Assembly (NCBI GenBank): GCA_964596735.1
Contig: CAZQVF010000004.1
Location: 229 to 64,228, forward strand
DNA from: an uncultured Gammaproteobacteria bacterium
Lineage (GTDB): Bacteria; Patescibacteriota; Patescibacteriia; UBA2591; UBA6264
Length of the DNA stretch: 64,000 nucleotides
Reading direction: 5' to 3'
The notes under the pieces were generated by a model. It made no database searches and had not been told where the DNA came from. It saw only the letters and a list, made by a program, of their open reading frames with translations. Shown here piece by piece: positions 10,565 to 21,157 of this stretch. The translations under genes and the position numbers were made by a program. Position 1 is the first letter of the stretch, and every line of letters starts with the position of its first letter.

Positions 10565-11723
10565 ATCGAACAAAAAAATTTGCATGACTGTTTTAAACGA
10601 CTTTACGCATGATTCGCGTGTCTTACGTGAAGCCAAGGCCCTGCAGCAAGCAGGATACCAGGTTTTTGTTTTTGCTCTTTTTGAACCAGGTTTAAAAGAA
10701 AAAGAAACTGTTGAAAATATTCAAGCAGTTCGCATACCCTTAAAAACGCGCAAAATATTAGAAAAAACAAACATTCGTTTTATCAGGTTTATCGAATTTA
10801 TGATAAGAGTCTTAGCTCACATTAAAAAAATCAATCCCCTTGTCTGCCATTGCCATGATTTTAATACTCTACCCATTGGTTATTTAGCTAAAAAACTTTT
10901 TAAAACTAAATTAATTTATGATTCTCATGAACTAGAAAGTCATAAAGCCCCAGGAGAAAAAAAAGATCCTCACTGGTTTCTCTGGCTTCATCGTCGGGCT
11001 GAACACTTTTTTATGAGAAAAGCTGATGCTATCATTACTGTTGGTGATTGTATTGCTGATTATTTGGTTAAACAAGACCATATTAAACGTCCCATTGTTG
11101 TCCGTAATATTGAAGAAGAGGCTAAGGAAATTGACTATGAAGTGATGAGAAAAAAACATTTTAATCTTTCTCAGGATTATAAAATAGTTATTTACCAGGG
11201 GGGACTACAAAAATGGCGCGGAATAGAAAGCCTGATTCAGGCTTTAAAATATTTGGACAAAAAAATTATTCTAGCATTAGTTGGTGACGGCCCTTTAAAA
11301 AAGAACTTTGAAACAATGGTTGAAAAACTTAGCTTAAGTGATAGAGTAATATTTACCGGCTGGGTTAAACCAGAAGAATTACTTTCTTATACTTTACAGG
11401 CTGATTTAGGCACTGTCTCTTCTGAAAACCTTTGTTTAAGCTATTACTACACCTTGCCCAGTAAATTTTTTCAATACATTAGAGCTGGTATTCCTTTGGG
11501 AATAAGTGATTTTCCAGATATGAAAAAAATAGTTAATAAATATGATATTGGCGTATGTTTTAACCCTAGCGACCCTAAAGACGTAGCCAAAGCCATTAAA
11601 AAAGGGTTTAAGGAGGGTTATTATAAAAAATTAAAGGAAAATGTCATTAAAATACAAGAATTATTCACTTGGGATAAAGAAAAACAAAAACTTATTGAAT
11701 TATATAATCAACTAAACAAATAA
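10557..11723 (+). CDS. Glycosyltransferase family 4
   Basis: DSRVLREA, YDSHEL, YQGGL...RG, PSKFFQY. ATG 10557 preferred. Confidence 0.9.
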   Translation: MTKSNKKICMTVLNDFTHDSRVLREAKALQQAGYQVFVFALFEPGLKEKETVENIQAVRIPLKTRKILEKTNIRFIRFIEFMIRVLAHIKKINPLVCHCHDFNTLPIGYLAKKLFKTKLIYDSHELESHKAPGEKKDPHWFLWLHRRAEHFFMRKADAIITVGDCIADYLVKQDHIKRPIVVRNIEEEAKEIDYEVMRKKHFNLSQDYKIVIYQGGLQKWRGIESLIQALKYLDKKIILALVGDGPLKKNFETMVEKLSLSDRVIFTGWVKPEELLSYTLQADLGTVSSENLCLSYYYTLPSKFFQYIRAGIPLGISDFPDMKKIVNKYDIGVCFNPSDPKDVAKAIKKGFKEGYYKKLKENVIKIQELFTWDKEKQKLIELYNQLNK

Positions 11724-11727
11724 ACCT

Positions 11728-12369
11728 ATGTTAAATGATTTAAAAAAAATATTAGTTTTAGCTCCTCACACTGATGATGGAGAATTTGGTTGCGGAGGAG
11801 CCATTGCCAAATTTATTGAAGAAAAGAAAAAAGTTTTTTATGTTGCTTTTTCTTCAGCGGAAAAATCAGTACCAAAAGGAATGTCTAAGAATGTTCTTAA
11901 AAAGGAACTAAAAAAAGCAGCTAAGGTTTTGGGTATTCCAGAAAAAAATCTGATTTTACTTAATTATCCAGTACGGGATTTTCCAGCTCACCGCCAAGAA
12001 ATCTTGGAAGATATGCTTAAGATAGGGGAAAAAATCAAACCAGATTTAGTGCTTCTCCCCTGTTCTCACGACACCCATCAAGATCACCAAGTAATTGCCC
12101 AAGAAGGGTTTAGGGCTTTTAAAACAACTTCTATGTTGGGATATGAAATTTCTTGGAATAATTTAAGCTTTAATACTGAAGCCTTTATTTTGCTTAAACC
12201 AAAACACTTACAAAAAAAACTTCGGGCTATAAGATGTTATAAATCTCAATCAAAAAGAGCCTATGCCTCAGAGGAGTTTATTAAAAGTCTGGCTACCACT
12301 CGCGGAAGACAAATCGGTGCAGATTCTTATGCCGAAGCATTTGAAATAACTAGATGGCTGATCAAATAA
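11728..12369 (+). CDS. PIG-L/LmbE family N-deacetylase
   Basis: APHTDDGEFGCGG and HQDH motifs. Confidence 0.9.
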   Translation: MLNDLKKILVLAPHTDDGEFGCGGAIAKFIEEKKKVFYVAFSSAEKSVPKGMSKNVLKKELKKAAKVLGIPEKNLILLNYPVRDFPAHRQEILEDMLKIGEKIKPDLVLLPCSHDTHQDHQVIAQEGFRAFKTTSMLGYEISWNNLSFNTEAFILLKPKHLQKKLRAIRCYKSQSKRAYASEEFIKSLATTRGRQIGADSYAEAFEITRWLIK

Positions 12370-13043
12370 AAATTGGAATTCACCAACCAAATTATTTGCC
12401 CTGGTTAGGTTATTTTTACAAAATCGCTCAGGTTGATATTTTTATTCTTTTAGACAATGTCCAATATGAAAAAAATAGCTATACCAACCGATGTCAAATC
12501 AAAACCCCTCAAGCCCCATTTTGGCTAACCTTACCGATTAAAAGAAAATTTCCTCAGATGATTAATAAGGCTGAAATAACTAATTATAAACAAGAAATTC
12601 AACGACATCTTAAAACCATTAGTCAAAATTATCAAAAAGCAAAATATTTTAATGACTTATACCCGGAATTAGAAAAAATAATGAAAAAAGATTATTCTTA
12701 TTTATCAGATTTGAATATTGCTTTAATTAAATTTTTGGTAAATAAGTTAAGAATCAAAACAAAAATAAAAACTGCTTCAGATTTTCAAGTTTCTGGGGCA
12801 AGTACTGAACGATTAATTAATCTTTGCAAAAATTTTAAAGGATCTATATATCTTTCTGGAAAAGGCGGGGCTAATTATCAAGACGAAGAAAAATTTAAAA
12901 AAGCAGGGATTAATTTAAAATATACTAATTTTCAACATCCCAATTACAACCAATTGTGGAAAGAATTTGTTCCTGGAATGTCAATTATTGATTTATTATT
13001 TAATTGCGGACCAGAAAGTTTAAAAATATTATTAAAAAAATAA
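12354..13043 (+). CDS. WbqC-like family protein
   Basis: IHQPNYLPWLGYF, YLSGKGG..Y, SIIDLLFN. Confidence 0.9.
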   Translation: MADQIKIGIHQPNYLPWLGYFYKIAQVDIFILLDNVQYEKNSYTNRCQIKTPQAPFWLTLPIKRKFPQMINKAEITNYKQEIQRHLKTISQNYQKAKYFNDLYPELEKIMKKDYSYLSDLNIALIKFLVNKLRIKTKIKTASDFQVSGASTERLINLCKNFKGSIYLSGKGGANYQDEEKFKKAGINLKYTNFQHPNYNQLWKEFVPGMSIIDLLFNCGPESLKILLKK

Positions 13044-13047
13044 CTTT

Positions 13048-14346
13048 ATGCCAGCCGTGCCACTACCATTATATATTGCTTATGCATTAATCGGGATTAT
13101 TGTTTTGTTTATTATTGCTTTGAAACCAAAGCTATTTTGGCCGTTTTTAATCATAGCCACTGTTGCCTTTGGCGGATTAATGATTCAAGGACACGGTTTA
13201 GTAGAAGAATACTTAGTTGATCTTATTATTTTAGGCGCTTTACTTGCCCTTTCAATTGGTGCCATTCATTTAAAAAAACAAAAAGAGAATAAATGGGAAA
13301 CCCTACATCGAGCTGTTTTTATTATTTTTATTATGTACATGCTGGTTCAAAGCGTGCGCGGACTCTTAATTTTACATGATCCTCGTATTATTCGCTGGGT
13401 ATTTTTCTATGGTTTTCTTGGTCTGTTGACCTTTATTATTACCAAAAAAGGCTTCCCAACACCAAACGCTAGAAAAACCTCAATTATTATTTCTATTTCT
13501 ACATTAATTTATTTAAGTGCCTATCTGTTAACTGGGGTTATTTATGAAGCAATAACTGGACTATCTAAATGGGATCTGCAGGGTTATGTTTGGTCCGGGG
13601 CTGCCGCAGCTGTTTTCCCCTTAGTTTTGGCTATGCCCGCCGCTCTTTTTCTAATTAGAAGTAAAATTCGTAATGATAAAATTATTGCTTGGCTGGTTAT
13701 TATAATGGGTATGGTCATCACCCACTATTACTCTGCCCGAAGCGCCGCGGTAATGATGTTTGTTTTTCTAATTGTCGCGTTGTTCACTGTAAAATTTCGT
13801 AAAGTGCTTGTTCTAATAATTCTTTTTGCAGTTTTAACTATATTTTTAGGCACTGGTGATACAATTACTCAATATACGCAAAATATTGCCAAAAGTGCAG
13901 CATTGAAATCTAAATCTGAAGCAGGTCGACTCGATTTTGTTCATGCAGCCATGAACGCTATTGAAAAAAATGTAGGCACGTTCCTTTTTGGTTATGGAAT
14001 GTACACTAATCGTTATGTAATTCCCCCATATTTATATGATATTGGTTATTTTGGTGGCGGACCCATGCCAAAAATCGCCCGCACCTCGGGTTTATCAGCC
14101 CAAATCATTGATATTGGCATAATCGGTCTTTTGTTGTTTTATTTAAATATATTTTTTGTTGCCCGAAAAACTCTTTTTCTAAAACATAACCCTAATCGTT
14201 TTAGCATTATTTTAGCCTTAGGTATAATCTGTTTTTGGCCACTTGTCTCAAATATTCATGATAATGTTTTACTTTACTTATTAATAATGCCAGCTGGTTT
14301 ATTTATCCAATTAAGTAAAACAAGTCTTCAAGAATTAACTAAATAA
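13048..14346 (+). CDS. O-antigen polymerase/ligase-like membrane protein (Wzy/WaaL)
   Basis: About 11 TM segments, SARSA, R..F..A...LFGYG loop, GIIGLLLF. Confidence 0.7.
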   Translation: MPAVPLPLYIAYALIGIIVLFIIALKPKLFWPFLIIATVAFGGLMIQGHGLVEEYLVDLIILGALLALSIGAIHLKKQKENKWETLHRAVFIIFIMYMLVQSVRGLLILHDPRIIRWVFFYGFLGLLTFIITKKGFPTPNARKTSIIISISTLIYLSAYLLTGVIYEAITGLSKWDLQGYVWSGAAAAVFPLVLAMPAALFLIRSKIRNDKIIAWLVIIMGMVITHYYSARSAAVMMFVFLIVALFTVKFRKVLVLIILFAVLTIFLGTGDTITQYTQNIAKSAALKSKSEAGRLDFVHAAMNAIEKNVGTFLFGYGMYTNRYVIPPYLYDIGYFGGGPMPKIARTSGLSAQIIDIGIIGLLLFYLNIFFVARKTLFLKHNPNRFSIILALGIICFWPLVSNIHDNVLLYLLIMPAGLFIQLSKTSLQELTK

Positions 14347-14347
14347 T

Positions 14348-15433
14348 ATGAAATTGTGTTTTATTGCTGTAGCTAATTCAATTCATTCTGTTAAATGGAT
14401 TAATTATTTTGCTGAAAAAGGCCATGAGGTCCACTGGATCACCTTAACTCCTAAAATTAATGCAGAATATAATCAGAAAATAATCTTCCATAATTTTAAT
14501 AATTTGTCAAATTTTACTTTATTAAAACTCTGTTTTAAAGATGTTAAAAAATTAATAAGACAAATTAAGCCTGATATTGTTCACGCTCATTATGCGGGCA
14601 TGAACGGCCTTTTGGGTGCTTTGTCTAACTTTCATCCTTTTGTTGTCACTGTTTGGGGTTCTGATGTTTTAATTTCTGGGAAATCAATAATTAAAAGGCC
14701 GTTTGTTAAATATATTCTTAAAAAAGCTGATTTAATTACCACTGACGCCGACCACATGAAAGAAGCGACTGTTAAGTTAGGAATTAATCCTGATAAAATT
14801 CAGCTTATATATTTTGGAATTGACACTAGAAAATTTCATCCTGATAAAAAAAGTGATGATTTTAAGTTAAAACTGGGAATTGAAAACCGGCCAGTAGTTA
14901 TAAGTCTAAGAAATTTTGAGCCAATTTATGATCTTGAATCTTTATTGCAAGCCGTTCCTTTGGTAGTTAAACAATTTCCTCAAGCCATGTTCTTAATCGC
15001 CGGTCGCGGGCCAGAAGAAAAAAAATTAAAAAGTTTAACAAAAAAATTAAAAATTAATAACAACGTTCGCTTTATCGGCTTCGTTGCCAATGACGAGCTT
15101 CCTATTTATCTAGCCTCGGCAGACGTTTATGTTTCTACTTCTCTTTCTGACGCTGGCATTGCTGCAAGCACGGCTGAAGCCATGGCCTGTGGTACGTCTA
15201 TTGTCATCACTGATTCTGGGGAAAATAAAAAATGGGTTACAAACAATGAAAGTGGGTTTATTATTCCTATAAAAAATCCTGAACAATTAGCCCAAAAAAT
15301 AATTGAATTATTAAAAGATGAACAAAAGAGAAATTCCCTTGGTCTTGCCGGGCGCAAAATAATTGTTCAACGTAATGATTATTATGGAGAAATGAATAAA
15401 ATGGAAAAATTTTATCAAGAAATAAAAAAATAA
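14348..15433 (+). CDS. Glycosyltransferase family 4
   Basis: PDIVHAH, WGSDV, EAMACG. Confidence 0.92.
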   Translation: MKLCFIAVANSIHSVKWINYFAEKGHEVHWITLTPKINAEYNQKIIFHNFNNLSNFTLLKLCFKDVKKLIRQIKPDIVHAHYAGMNGLLGALSNFHPFVVTVWGSDVLISGKSIIKRPFVKYILKKADLITTDADHMKEATVKLGINPDKIQLIYFGIDTRKFHPDKKSDDFKLKLGIENRPVVISLRNFEPIYDLESLLQAVPLVVKQFPQAMFLIAGRGPEEKKLKSLTKKLKINNNVRFIGFVANDELPIYLASADVYVSTSLSDAGIAASTAEAMACGTSIVITDSGENKKWVTNNESGFIIPIKNPEQLAQKIIELLKDEQKRNSLGLAGRKIIVQRNDYYGEMNKMEKFYQEIKK

Positions 15434-15435
15434 AT

Positions 15436-16521
15436 ATGAAATTTATTTATTCTTTAGCCCGATTACCAAAAAACAAAAAAGTAGTTAAAGAAGTTAACAA
15501 AGCGACAGAAAGACTATTTAACAAACTTAATAAATTAGATACTGATTCCTTATTAATTTCAGATTATACTAAAAAATATCTTGCTGGCTATTTACAAGAT
15601 TTGCAAAACCGTTTAATGGATCTTTCATATATTCTTGCCTGGGCAGTCTCTTCAACTAATTTGCCTTTAAATAAAATTACTTTAATTGATCATGGCGGTG
15701 GATCAGGCGTGCTTTCTCTTTTGGCTAAAGAGTTGAAAATAGGAAAAGTAATTTATAATGACATTTACGACATCTCTTCCCAAGATGCCGAAACCCTTGG
15801 CCAACTGACAAACAATAAGGCTGATCACTACATTTCAGGTAATATTGAGGAATTAATTGAATTTCTAAAAACAAATTCTCTTTCCTGTGATGTTCTTGTT
15901 TCTAACGATGTTATTGAACATATTTACAATGTAGATGAATTTTTTCAAAAAGTTAAATTTGTTTCAACCGGTCCCCTATCTTTAATCATGGCCTCAGGGG
16001 CTAATTCAATTAATTCTAGAATTCGAAAAAAAATTATTAAAGATCAAATCGCTTTGGAAACCCAAGACAGAAAAAAAGAATGGGGACATAAGCCAACTGA
16101 TTGTTTGCGGGCCTATTCAAAGGTTAGAAGACAAATTATTTCTCAACAAAATTATAAATTAGAACAAGAAGAGGTTGAAAAACTGGCCAAGGCTACTCGT
16201 GGCATGATCGAATCAGATATTAAAAAAAGCGTTGACAATTATTTAAAGGACAAGAAGCTCCCCCCAGAATTAAATCATCCCACCAACACTTGTGATCCCT
16301 ACACTGGAAATTGGGCTGAACATTTAATGGATTTCAAACATTTAAAACAATCTTTATTAAAGCAAGGTTTTAATGTAAAAATTATGAGTGGTTATTATGG
16401 ATATCGCCAGAATCTAATAAAAAAATATATTACTAAGATTTTAAATATATTTATTTCTATTTTTAAAAATCAAGGACTTAAATTAGCTCCCTTTTATATA
16501 ATTTATGCCAGAAAAAAATAA
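15436..16521 (+). CDS. Putative SAM-dependent methyltransferase
   Basis: LIDHGGGSG SAM-binding loop, DVIEHIY. Confidence 0.65.
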   Translation: MKFIYSLARLPKNKKVVKEVNKATERLFNKLNKLDTDSLLISDYTKKYLAGYLQDLQNRLMDLSYILAWAVSSTNLPLNKITLIDHGGGSGVLSLLAKELKIGKVIYNDIYDISSQDAETLGQLTNNKADHYISGNIEELIEFLKTNSLSCDVLVSNDVIEHIYNVDEFFQKVKFVSTGPLSLIMASGANSINSRIRKKIIKDQIALETQDRKKEWGHKPTDCLRAYSKVRRQIISQQNYKLEQEEVEKLAKATRGMIESDIKKSVDNYLKDKKLPPELNHPTNTCDPYTGNWAEHLMDFKHLKQSLLKQGFNVKIMSGYYGYRQNLIKKYITKILNIFISIFKNQGLKLAPFYIIYARKK

Positions 16522-17797
16522 AAAAGTATTAATTATTGGATTCTTTTGGCCATACCTTGATGGAAGTAAAAGAATTTTTAGTTTAGCTAATTATCTTTTA
16601 GAATTTGGGTGGGAACCAATTATACTTACTGCTCCTTTAAAGAAAAAACCTGACCAGAAATTCAGGGTAATTGAAACTGATTATCATTGTTTTTTAGGTT
16701 CATGGGTAAAATTATTTGGATTTAATCAAAAATCAGACATTAGTGACCAAATTCAAGCTCAAACTAAAAAATCATCTTCCTTAATTAAATCTATTTTAAA
16801 ATTCTTTTATTATTTTATTAGAAAATTTTTAGCCTACCCTGACGAACATTGTCGCTGGGAAAAACCTGCCTTAAAAGCCGTTGACCAGCTTTTTAAAAAA
16901 GAAAAAATTCATGGTTTAATTAGTGTTTATCCTCATACTAGTCATTTAATTGCCAAAAAAATAAAAGAAAAATATGAAATTGGCTGGATTGCCGACTTCC
17001 CTGACCTTTGGTCAGATAATGAAGCCTATGCTTATGGAAAGATTAGAAAATTACTCGACCAACGATTAGAAAGAAAAACTGTTTGTGTGGCTAATGAACT
17101 AACCACTACTTCGCCTGTATATCGACAATGGTTAAAAAATTTTCATCAAAGAGAAGATGTTGAATTAATTACTTTGGGGTTTGATCCGAAGATATTAAAT
17201 GCTCCGCCCGTTCCTTTGACTAAAAATTTTACCATTACTTATACTGGTATTTTTTATCCTCAGGTACGCGAACCTTCAAAATTTTTACAAGCTTTGGCAG
17301 AATTAATTAACGAAAAAAGGCTTGATGTTCGAGACATTGAAGTAAGACTTTATGCTCCGGCTAAAGAATATGTGGAGAAAAAAATTAAAAAATATAATCT
17401 TTCAAAGGTTGTAAAACAATTAGGCATCATTTCTTTTGAACAATGTCTTGAAAAACAAAGAGAATCACAAATTTTATTACAATTAAATTGGGAAGATAAA
17501 AAAATGGCTGGACGGGCTTTTTCTGGTAAATTATTTGATTATTTGGCAGCCCAAAGGCCTATTTTGGCCACAGGAGGAAAAAATGAAGATGTAGTTAATG
17601 GTTTAATTAATCAAACAAAAGCAGGAATATTTTGTCCTCAAATAAAAGACATTAAAAAAGCTTTACTTGATTATTATTTAGAATATAAACACAAAGGCTG
17701 TGTTTCCTATTCTGGGGACTTAAATGAAATTAAAAAACACAGTAGTAAAGAGGCAGCGAAAAATTTTGCCCAGATGTTAAATAAAATGAATAAATAA
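16505..17797 (+). CDS. Glycosyltransferase (GT4-like)
   Basis: WIADFPDLW, ITYTG, SGKLFDYLAAQRPIL. Confidence 0.85.
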   Translation: MPEKNKKVLIIGFFWPYLDGSKRIFSLANYLLEFGWEPIILTAPLKKKPDQKFRVIETDYHCFLGSWVKLFGFNQKSDISDQIQAQTKKSSSLIKSILKFFYYFIRKFLAYPDEHCRWEKPALKAVDQLFKKEKIHGLISVYPHTSHLIAKKIKEKYEIGWIADFPDLWSDNEAYAYGKIRKLLDQRLERKTVCVANELTTTSPVYRQWLKNFHQREDVELITLGFDPKILNAPPVPLTKNFTITYTGIFYPQVREPSKFLQALAELINEKRLDVRDIEVRLYAPAKEYVEKKIKKYNLSKVVKQLGIISFEQCLEKQRESQILLQLNWEDKKMAGRAFSGKLFDYLAAQRPILATGGKNEDVVNGLINQTKAGIFCPQIKDIKKALLDYYLEYKHKGCVSYSGDLNEIKKHSSKEAAKNFAQMLNKMNK

Positions 17798-17801
17798 AAT
17801 T

Positions 17802-18794
17802 ATGGACAAACCCTTAGTTTCTATTATTGTTCCCTGTCGTAATGAAGAAAAATTTATTAAAAAATGTATAGATTCTATTATTCAACAAGATTATCCTCAA
17901 AATAAAATGGAAATTTTAGTAATTGATGGTATAAGCAAAGATAAAACTAGAGATATCATCAAAAAATATTCTGAAAAAAAACCCTTTATTCAATTAATAG
18001 ACAATCCTAAAAAAATCACCCCCGTCGCTTTTAACATAGGAATTAAAACCGCCAAAGGTAAAATTATTATTATCATGGGATCTCACACAATTTATCAAAA
18101 AGATTATATTTCCAAGTGTGTTGAAACCTTAATTAAACATAAAGCCGACAATGTTGGCGGCGTTTTAAAAACAGTGCCAAGTAAAAATACTATCTCAGCC
18201 AAAGCTATTGCTGCTTGTCTTTCTAGTTTTTTTGGCGTAGGAGGCTCACATTTTAGAAAAGGATTAACTAAAGTTAGAGGGGTTGATACTGTTTTTGGTG
18301 GTTGTTATCGAAAAGAAGTCTTTAAAAAATTTGGCTTTTTTAATGAAAATCTAGTCCGCAGTCAAGATATGGCTTTTAATGCAAAATTAAAAAAAGCTGG
18401 CGGGAAAATTATTCTTAATCCAAAAATCGTTGGGCTTTATCACCCGAAAGCTACTTTAACAAGTTTTTTTATTCATAATATTAAAGATGGAATTTGGGCC
18501 ATTTATCCTTTAAAATTTGTTAAAATTCCTCTTAAATTGAGGCACTATATTCCTCTATTTTTTATTCTATCTTTATTAATTAGTTTAACATTGGGCATCT
18601 TCTTCACATTATTTCTCTGGCTTTTTCTATTCATCCTTATTTTTTATTTAATAGTTAATCTTTATTTTTCTGCTAAAATTGCTTATAATAAAAAAGAGTT
18701 GGGTTATTTGTTTGTCACTCCCTTTGCTTTTATTTACCGCCATTTTGGTTATGGCATTGGTTCGTTAATTGGCTTAATTAAATTAATCTTGTAA
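17802..18794 (+). CDS. Glycosyltransferase family 2
   Basis: VSIIVPCRNEE, IDG.S.D.T, C-terminal TM helices. Confidence 0.92.
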   Translation: MDKPLVSIIVPCRNEEKFIKKCIDSIIQQDYPQNKMEILVIDGISKDKTRDIIKKYSEKKPFIQLIDNPKKITPVAFNIGIKTAKGKIIIIMGSHTIYQKDYISKCVETLIKHKADNVGGVLKTVPSKNTISAKAIAACLSSFFGVGGSHFRKGLTKVRGVDTVFGGCYRKEVFKKFGFFNENLVRSQDMAFNAKLKKAGGKIILNPKIVGLYHPKATLTSFFIHNIKDGIWAIYPLKFVKIPLKLRHYIPLFFILSLLISLTLGIFFTLFLWLFLFILIFYLIVNLYFSAKIAYNKKELGYLFVTPFAFIYRHFGYGIGSLIGLIKLIL

Positions 18795-18804
18795 TAAAAG
18801 GTGT

Positions 18805-19581
18805 ATGGAGAAAAGAAAAGAAAGAGAAATCTCTCATTATGATAAATTGGCTGAAAAATGGCAAAATCAACGTCTAAATAAAAATTTGCAGGCGGATATT
18901 GAAGATTATGACGTAAATATTTTCTCAAGCTATCGATTTTGTAAAAAATGGATAAAACATAATGTTAAATCAGGAATGAAATTTCTTGACTATGGTTGCG
19001 GTCATGGAATGCATACTATTTTACCGGCAAAACTCGGGGCAGAGGTTTATGGAATTGATCTCTCAAAAAAATCTTTGAAAATTGCTGAACAAAGAATAAA
19101 GAAAAAAAAATGTGGCAAAATAAAATTTATTAAAATGGATTGTGAATCATTAGACTTCTCTGATAATTATTTTGATTTTATCTGGAATAGCGGCACATTT
19201 TCTTCTCTCGACATTAAAAGGGCCTTCCCAGAATTAGCTCGCGTTTTAAAACCAAGTGGAAAATTAATTGGCGTTGAAACATTTGGTCATAATCCCCTAA
19301 CAAATCTTAAGCGTTGGATTAATAAAAAACGCGGCGTAAGAACTTCATGGGCCACAGAACATATTATCAAGAATAAAGATTTAAAGTTTGCCAAAAAATA
19401 TTTCAATATAGAAAAAATATATTATTTTCATTTATTGTCGATGTTGACTTTTCCTTTTCGTAATATTTCTGGAGGAAAAACTTTGTTTAAGTTTTTAGAT
19501 CAGATTGACCATATATTATTGAAAATCCCCTGGCTGAAAAGATACGCCTTTAAAATTGTTTTTATTTTCTCAAAAAAATGA
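18805..19581 (+). CDS. Class I SAM-dependent methyltransferase
   Basis: FLDYGCGHG, GIDLS, RVLKPSG. Confidence 0.9.
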   Translation: MEKRKEREISHYDKLAEKWQNQRLNKNLQADIEDYDVNIFSSYRFCKKWIKHNVKSGMKFLDYGCGHGMHTILPAKLGAEVYGIDLSKKSLKIAEQRIKKKKCGKIKFIKMDCESLDFSDNYFDFIWNSGTFSSLDIKRAFPELARVLKPSGKLIGVETFGHNPLTNLKRWINKKRGVRTSWATEHIIKNKDLKFAKKYFNIEKIYYFHLLSMLTFPFRNISGGKTLFKFLDQIDHILLKIPWLKRYAFKIVFIFSKK

Positions 19582-20171
19582 TAAAAAAACTGTTTGATTT
19601 CTTTTGTTCCCTAATAGGGGTAATTATCCTTTCCCCTATTTTATTAATTATCAGCTTGGCTATAAAATTAGGTTCACCGGGGCCTGTATTCTATCGCGGA
19701 TTAAGAGTTGGAAAAGATAAAAAACCATTTAAAATATTCAAATTTCGGACTTTAGTTATCAATGCTGATAAAATTGGTGGTCCTTCAACCTCTGATGATG
19801 ACCCTCGATTAACTAAAATTGGCAAATTCTTGCGTAAATACAAACTTGACGAATTGCCTCAATTGTTTAATGTTATTAAAGGTGAAATAAGTTTAGTGGG
19901 ACCAAGACCAGAAGTTCCAGAATACGCTAAATTATATAAAAACGAAGAACAAATTATTTTTAAAGTGAAGCCAGGGATAACTGACCTGGCTTCTCTTTGG
20001 AATGCTGATGAGGGAGCTATTTTAAAAGGTAGCTCTGACCCAGAAAAAACATATTTAGAAAAAATCAGGCCAGAGAAAGTAAGATTACAAATAAAATATG
20101 TTAAAGAAAGATCTTTTGTTGGAGATTTAAAAATAATCTTTAAAACATTAAAAAAAATACTTAATAGGTAA
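19578..20171 (+). CDS. Initiating phosphoglycosyltransferase (bacterial sugar transferase, PglC/WcaJ C-terminal type)
   Basis: KFRT, DPRLT.IG.FLRK..LDELPQL.NV.KG..SLVGPRP, KPGIT. Confidence 0.93.
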   Translation: MIKKLFDFFCSLIGVIILSPILLIISLAIKLGSPGPVFYRGLRVGKDKKPFKIFKFRTLVINADKIGGPSTSDDDPRLTKIGKFLRKYKLDELPQLFNVIKGEISLVGPRPEVPEYAKLYKNEEQIIFKVKPGITDLASLWNADEGAILKGSSDPEKTYLEKIRPEKVRLQIKYVKERSFVGDLKIIFKTLKKILNR

Positions 20172-20173
20172 TT

Positions 20174-21157
20174 ATGCCCAACTCTAAATATTCTAAAAAT
20201 TTTCTTTTAGGGCTTTATAAAAAAATGCTTCGTATTCGCCTGCTTGAAGAAAGCTTTGTTGAACCAATTATTAAGGGTGAAATTAAAACTCCTTGTCATC
20301 TTTATTCTGGAGAAGAAGCTATTGCCGTGGGCATTTGTGCTAATCTTAACAAAGCGGATGTATTATTTGGTAACCATCGCTCGCATGGTCATTATTTAGC
20401 CAAAGGCGGAGATATGAATAAATTGACCGCCGAAATTTTTGGTAAAATAACTGGTTGTTCAAAGGGCAGAGGAGGGTCTATGCATGTTACTGATCCTAAA
20501 AATGGTATACTTGGGTCAATTCCTATTGTTGCCGGAACTATTTCCTTAGCTGTCGGGGCAGCCATGGCTATAAAAAATAGAAATCAAAAAAGAGTGGCCA
20601 TTAGTTTCTTTGGCGACGGAGCCACAACCGAGGGCCTACTTCATGAATCTTTAAACTTTGCCGCTCTGCAAAAATTACCTATTATTTTTGTTTGTGAAAA
20701 TAATTTCTATGCCACTCATATGCCGATTAAAGAATGTTCTGCCAATACTAATCTTTATAAGTTGGGTCAACATTTTATGCCTTCTATTAGAATAGATGGT
20801 AATGATGTTTTAAAAGTACTTGAGGGAAGTAAAAAATTAATTAAAGACGCTAAAAACAACAAAGGCCCTGCTTTTATTGAATGTCTAACCTATAGACAAA
20901 GAGGTCATGTGGGCCCAGACGACAATATCCAGGGCGAGCACACTGATATTAGAGGAGAAAAAGAAGTTAGAGCTTGGTTTAAGAAAGATCCTATTAAAAG
21001 ATTTGAAAAATATCTTTTAAATAAGAAGGTTTTAAATAAAGCGGAAAAACAAAAAATTTATCAAAAAATAAATAAAGAAATTGCCCAAGCCTACCAATTT
21101 ATGAAGAAAAGTCCTTATCCAAAGAAAAGCGACCTGTTAAAACATATTTATGGCTGA
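20174..21157 (+). CDS. TPP-dependent dehydrogenase E1 alpha subunit-like
   Basis: HRSHGH, GRGGSMH, GDGA...N TPP motif, TYR..GH. Confidence 0.9.
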   Translation: MPNSKYSKNFLLGLYKKMLRIRLLEESFVEPIIKGEIKTPCHLYSGEEAIAVGICANLNKADVLFGNHRSHGHYLAKGGDMNKLTAEIFGKITGCSKGRGGSMHVTDPKNGILGSIPIVAGTISLAVGAAMAIKNRNQKRVAISFFGDGATTEGLLHESLNFAALQKLPIIFVCENNFYATHMPIKECSANTNLYKLGQHFMPSIRIDGNDVLKVLEGSKKLIKDAKNNKGPAFIECLTYRQRGHVGPDDNIQGEHTDIRGEKEVRAWFKKDPIKRFEKYLLNKKVLNKAEKQKIYQKINKEIAQAYQFMKKSPYPKKSDLLKHIYG

